A DNA stretch of 63,984 nucleotides, counting the filler, from an uncultured bacterium (GTDB lineage: Bacteria > CAYJRR01): assembly GCA_964372275.1 (NCBI GenBank). It is 3 parts of 3 records of this genome, joined end to end, with 100 filler letters (N's around TTAATTAATTAA, not from the genome) between each part and the next. Parts side by side here need not be neighbours in the genome. Positions count along the whole stretch, not along the records: positions 53,434 to 63,984 come from CAYJRR010000150.1; 2 more parts are not named here. The stretch is one strand, 5' to 3'. The translations under genes were made by a program, and so were the position numbers. The first letter of the stretch is position 1, and each line of letters begins with the position of its first letter. Shown piece after piece: positions 60,528-63,984 of this stretch. The notes beneath the pieces were generated by a model. The model did no database searches. It had not been told where the DNA came from and saw nothing but the letters and a program-made list of their open reading frames with translations.

Positions 60528-60612
60528 CGCCGCCGCCGATCCTAGCGTCGTACCCGCCCCCGGCACGAGTCCGCATCGATTCCGGGAATTCTTGCTACTC
60601 TTGCGTCCGCCG

Positions 60613-62616
60613 ATGAACGACCGACGCGCCGGACTTCGACTCCCCCTCTTTTCCCTTTCGGTCCTCCTGCTGCTCGCCTGGTTCGTCGCGATCCCGTCTC
60701 CGCCCCCTCTCCGGTCGGACTGGAGCGCGCCTCCCGAGGCGCGGCGCGACGCGATGTCGGTGGCGCGCGCGATCCTCCACGGGCACGACGACGTCCGACC
60801 GACCCACGAGGCGCTCACCCGGTCCCGTCCGGGCCGGGTGGTGGTCTCGGTCTACGGCGCCGACTGGCGGCGCACCTCGGAGGGACGGGGCGCGAGCGTC
60901 GGCGGCGCGCTCGTCGACGCCGCCTACGCGCTTCGCGGACTGCTGGGATACGTCGACACGTCGCAATCGCCCGCGCGGTGGATCAAGGTCGACGTCGTCA
61001 CGGGCGAAACGCCGATCTCCGATTCGACCCGCCGTCCCGACTGGGAGCGCCTCTACGAGGCGGGTCTGGATGGACTGCGCGCGGAGACGGCCGGTCCGAC
61101 GGGAGCGCCCGTTGCGGCCTTCGTCCTTCCGTCCGATCCGATCGTGGAGGGTTGGTTCACCCCCCGCCGCGCACGGAGCCGCAAGGACCCCGGTTCCACC
61201 TGGTGGACACGCGGCGACGAAGGTCTCGACGCGCGCGACCGCGCCCAAACCCGGTTGGCGCAGGCGATGGGAAGCGCGCCCGAGACCGCCGCGGTCCGCT
61301 GGACGCGCTTCCGCACCGACGCCTTCCTCGCCCCGTTCGACGCCGCGGAGACCGACGACCCGACGTCGCTGTTCCGCGGCGTGCCGCGGGGGCCGGAGGT
61401 GCCGACGCCGGAGGAGATCCGGCGATCGCTCGACCTCGGGGGCGATTGGCTCGCGCGCACGCTCGACGCCGAGGGACGTTTTCTCCTCTACACCTACCTC
61501 CCGCAGCGGGACATCGACCCTCCGCCGTCGAGCTACAGCTTCATCCGACACACGGCGTGTGGCTGGGCGCTGCTGAAGCTGGGAAGGCGATACGGGAACG
61601 CCGACTGGGAGACGGCGGGTCGCCGCGCCATCGCCTGGGCCGCGCGCCACGTGGCGGCGGCGGACGACGGCACCGACCGGAAGATCGTCGTCGCGCCGGG
61701 GGAGGCGGTCGGAGGGCTCGGCCACAACGCGATGCTGGTGATCGCGCTGGCGGAGCTCGGGGACTCCGCGACGGCCGAGGAGCGGCAGGTGCTCGAGGCG
61801 GTGGGGCGAACGCTGGTCCGTGCGGTCCGCGACGACGGCGGCTTCTACGAAAACGAACGCGACGTGCAGAAACGCCCCCGCGACGCCCGCGACCGGCTCG
61901 CCTACGAGCCGGGCGAGGCGCTGCTGGCGCTGGTGATGCTGTCGGAGCGGTTCCCCGACGTTCCAGTCTGGCGCGAGGCCGCAATCCGGGCCGCGGGCTA
62001 CCAGGCCGGAAAGTTCACCAGCGCGGGGAAGGGACTTCTGCGACTCAAGGCGATCGAACGGGCATCGTTCGTCGACCGGGTGCACTGGAGCTCGCAGGCG
62101 CTCGACAAGCTCGCGCGCCTCACCGGAGACCGGCGGTGGGCGCGCGTGGCGGTGGAGATGGGGGACGCCGTCCTCGCCTCCGGGGCGCCGCCGATCGTCG
62201 CCATGCTCGACCACGGCGGCCGGCCGTACGGCCCCGTTCCCGAGGACTACATCGGCGGCTTCCCGCTCCCGGGGCGCGTGCCCCGGACCACCCCCTCCGG
62301 CTCGCGCGCCGAAGCGCTCAACGCCTCGCGCCGTGCCGCCGTCTGGCTGGGCAAGGACCCCGCCCGGTTCGACGCCGCGCTGCTCCGGATCGCCGGCTTC
62401 CAACGAAGGAACCAGTTCACCGAGCGCTCCTGCTACTTCTGCCCGAAGCCCGAGAAGGCGCTCGGCAGCTTCCGCGGAGGCCTCACCGACAACGAGATCC
62501 GCATCGACTACGTGCAGCACGTGATCGCCGGGATGGCCGACACCCTCGAGTGGTACGGCCGCGGGGACACCGACGGAGATCCCCCGCACGCGCGACGCCG
62601 TGGGGACGCGTCCTAG
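60613..62616 (+). CDS. exported alpha/alpha-toroid protein of unknown function
   Basis: N-terminal TM; GRF.Y.Y.P, YSFIRH, LGHNAML.IAL, GEALLAL, EIRIDYVQH motifs. Confidence 0.7.
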   Translation: MNDRRAGLRLPLFSLSVLLLLAWFVAIPSPPPLRSDWSAPPEARRDAMSVARAILHGHDDVRPTHEALTRSRPGRVVVSVYGADWRRTSEGRGASVGGALVDAAYALRGLLGYVDTSQSPARWIKVDVVTGETPISDSTRRPDWERLYEAGLDGLRAETAGPTGAPVAAFVLPSDPIVEGWFTPRRARSRKDPGSTWWTRGDEGLDARDRAQTRLAQAMGSAPETAAVRWTRFRTDAFLAPFDAAETDDPTSLFRGVPRGPEVPTPEEIRRSLDLGGDWLARTLDAEGRFLLYTYLPQRDIDPPPSSYSFIRHTACGWALLKLGRRYGNADWETAGRRAIAWAARHVAAADDGTDRKIVVAPGEAVGGLGHNAMLVIALAELGDSATAEERQVLEAVGRTLVRAVRDDGGFYENERDVQKRPRDARDRLAYEPGEALLALVMLSERFPDVPVWREAAIRAAGYQAGKFTSAGKGLLRLKAIERASFVDRVHWSSQALDKLARLTGDRRWARVAVEMGDAVLASGAPPIVAMLDHGGRPYGPVPEDYIGGFPLPGRVPRTTPSGSRAEALNASRRAAVWLGKDPARFDAALLRIAGFQRRNQFTERSCYFCPKPEKALGSFRGGLTDNEIRIDYVQHVIAGMADTLEWYGRGDTDGDPPHARRRGDAS

Positions 62617-63983
62617 TTGTAGGTGATGACGAAGGGGTACTGGACCACCACGCTCTGGTCCTTGGGCCGCGGGAAGGTCGTCGAGCGGACGACCGAGGTG
62701 ATGCAGGCGGCCACGGAGGCCCCTTTGACGTCGCTCTGGAGCACCTGGGCGTCGCCGACCCGGCCGTCGAGTTGCACCGTGAACTGGACGACGATGCGCG
62801 AGCGGCCGGTCTTCAGCTTCGTCCCCTCGACGCACTTCATCACCTTCGGGAACTGGGCCCGGATCTGCGCGTTCACCTTCCCGGTGTCGATCTGGCTGGC
62901 GCCGAAGGCGCGGTCGTCGGCGTCGATGGCGCTCTCGGACGCCCCCGGCGGAGCGGCCCAGTTGGTCGGGTGGTAGCGGCGCACTACCGCCGTCCCTTCG
63001 GCGAAGTGGATCCCCTTCCGGCCGGTGAGCCCGAAATCGCGCGCCTGCCGCAGGTCCCGGTCGGCCCCCTCCCCGGCGCCGTCTCTCCCCGGTGCGAGTC
63101 CGGTCCCTCCGGGATCCGAGCGCTCCGCCCGTTCGAGCTCCCCAGGGGAACCTCCCAACCCTTCGGAGGCGTTCATCTCCGGTCCGGCCGCGGTGAGCGG
63201 TTCGGCGTTCTCCGCCCCGAGGCCGGCGTCGGCCGGGAGCCCCTCCCCGTCGAGCCCCGCCGCTCCGTCCCCGGGATCGAGCGTCCCCTCGCCGTCCGGA
63301 AGGCCCGACGCCCCGCGGGCCGACCGGCCGCGCGTGCCGGCCGCGCCGCGGGGTCCGTCGATCGGCTTCCCGTCGGCTCCGAGGCGGCGCATCTCGCCGA
63401 CCACCAGCTCCTCGCGCGAGCGCGCGAGCCGCTTGGCGACGACCGAGCTCACCGCCACGGCGCCGAGGAACAGGACGATCGCGACGGTCCCGAGCAGGAC
63501 CTTGGCTCCGACCTTCGACCGTTTCTCGACGCGGCGATAGAGATCGGTCCCGTACTCGCCGATCGTCCGGCTGCGGCGGTCGGGGGCGATCGGCATCGGG
63601 ACGGCCGGCATCTCCTGCTCGGTCTTCCGCTCCCACGCGCTGAACGCGCTCGCGGCGGTCGCCGGCGGCGGCGGCGCCGCCGCCTCACCCGACGCCGGCG
63701 GCGGTTCCGGCGCCGGCCCGTCCACGGCCGCCGACGCGGCCGGCGCGGCGGGGTCGCCCGCGCGGTCGGAAGCGGCGGGGGGTCCGTCCTCGCCGTCGAC
63801 GGCCGGCCCCTCTTCGGTCGGATCGACCGCCTTGGGGTGGCTTCGCTCGGCCACGCTCCGCTCGCGCGCAGGCGGAGCGTTCCCGATCGACGGATCGGTC
63901 GGCTCCGCGAGCTCGGGACCGTCGGGAACGATCGCCCCCTCCGGTACCGGCCGCGGCGTGGATCGCGTCTGGGTGGCGACCGA
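62613..63983 (-). CDS. AgmX/PglI (TonB-C-like) domain membrane protein, 5' partial
   Basis: TM plus C-terminal VMKCVE..RIVVQFTV..DGRV..VAACI....FPRP..VVVQYPFV; frame open to window end. Confidence 0.8.
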   Translation of the reverse strand, partial: SVATQTRSTPRPVPEGAIVPDGPELAEPTDPSIGNAPPARERSVAERSHPKAVDPTEEGPAVDGEDGPPAASDRAGDPAAPAASAAVDGPAPEPPPASGEAAAPPPPATAASAFSAWERKTEQEMPAVPMPIAPDRRSRTIGEYGTDLYRRVEKRSKVGAKVLLGTVAIVLFLGAVAVSSVVAKRLARSREELVVGEMRRLGADGKPIDGPRGAAGTRGRSARGASGLPDGEGTLDPGDGAAGLDGEGLPADAGLGAENAEPLTAAGPEMNASEGLGGSPGELERAERSDPGGTGLAPGRDGAGEGADRDLRQARDFGLTGRKGIHFAEGTAVVRRYHPTNWAAPPGASESAIDADDRAFGASQIDTGKVNAQIRAQFPKVMKCVEGTKLKTGRSRIVVQFTVQLDGRVGDAQVLQSDVKGASVAACITSVVRSTTFPRPKDQSVVVQYPFVITYN

Positions 63984-63984
63984 C

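Overview
High-GC (roughly 70%) bacterial DNA with a Myxococcota/deltaproteobacterial signature (MYXO-CTERM tail, FHA-sigma54 activator, PEGA-domain kinase, AgmX/PglI C-terminal domain). The window is three contigs joined by artificial N-TTAATTAATTAA-N linkers (26744-26843, 53334-53432), so adjacency across those points is not biological. Contig 1 carries queA-tgt-yajC-secD-secF-recJ, two tandem DUF2723/TMEM260-like glycosyltransferases, a phasin-like gene, an IS remnant, a moaC-TPR-ECF sigma-anti-sigma-ARPP-1-cNMP cluster and trxB. It ends with the most interesting locus: seven tandem paralogous lipoproteins of unknown family. One of them appears circularly permuted, and the array sits behind a sigma54 (-24/-12) promoter, divergent from an FHA-domain enhancer-binding protein. 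Contig 2 carries a kinase/FHA-GAF-cyclase/MshEN cluster, nadD, a toxin-less YD-repeat protein, an SDR, an RHH-RelE/ParE TA pair, a BPI/LBP-like MYXO-CTERM protein, a LeuA-family enzyme, MscS-cNMP, PEGA protease and kinase, an unusual OmpA protein, a Kelch lipoprotein and a lipase. Contig 3 carries pnp-rpsO-truB-rbfA with an HNH endonuclease where infB is normally found, a double-Kelch lipoprotein, an alpha/alpha-toroid protein and a partial AgmX/PglI-like gene. No tRNA, rRNA or CRISPR array was recognised. All family calls are from motif recognition by eye; no searches were run.
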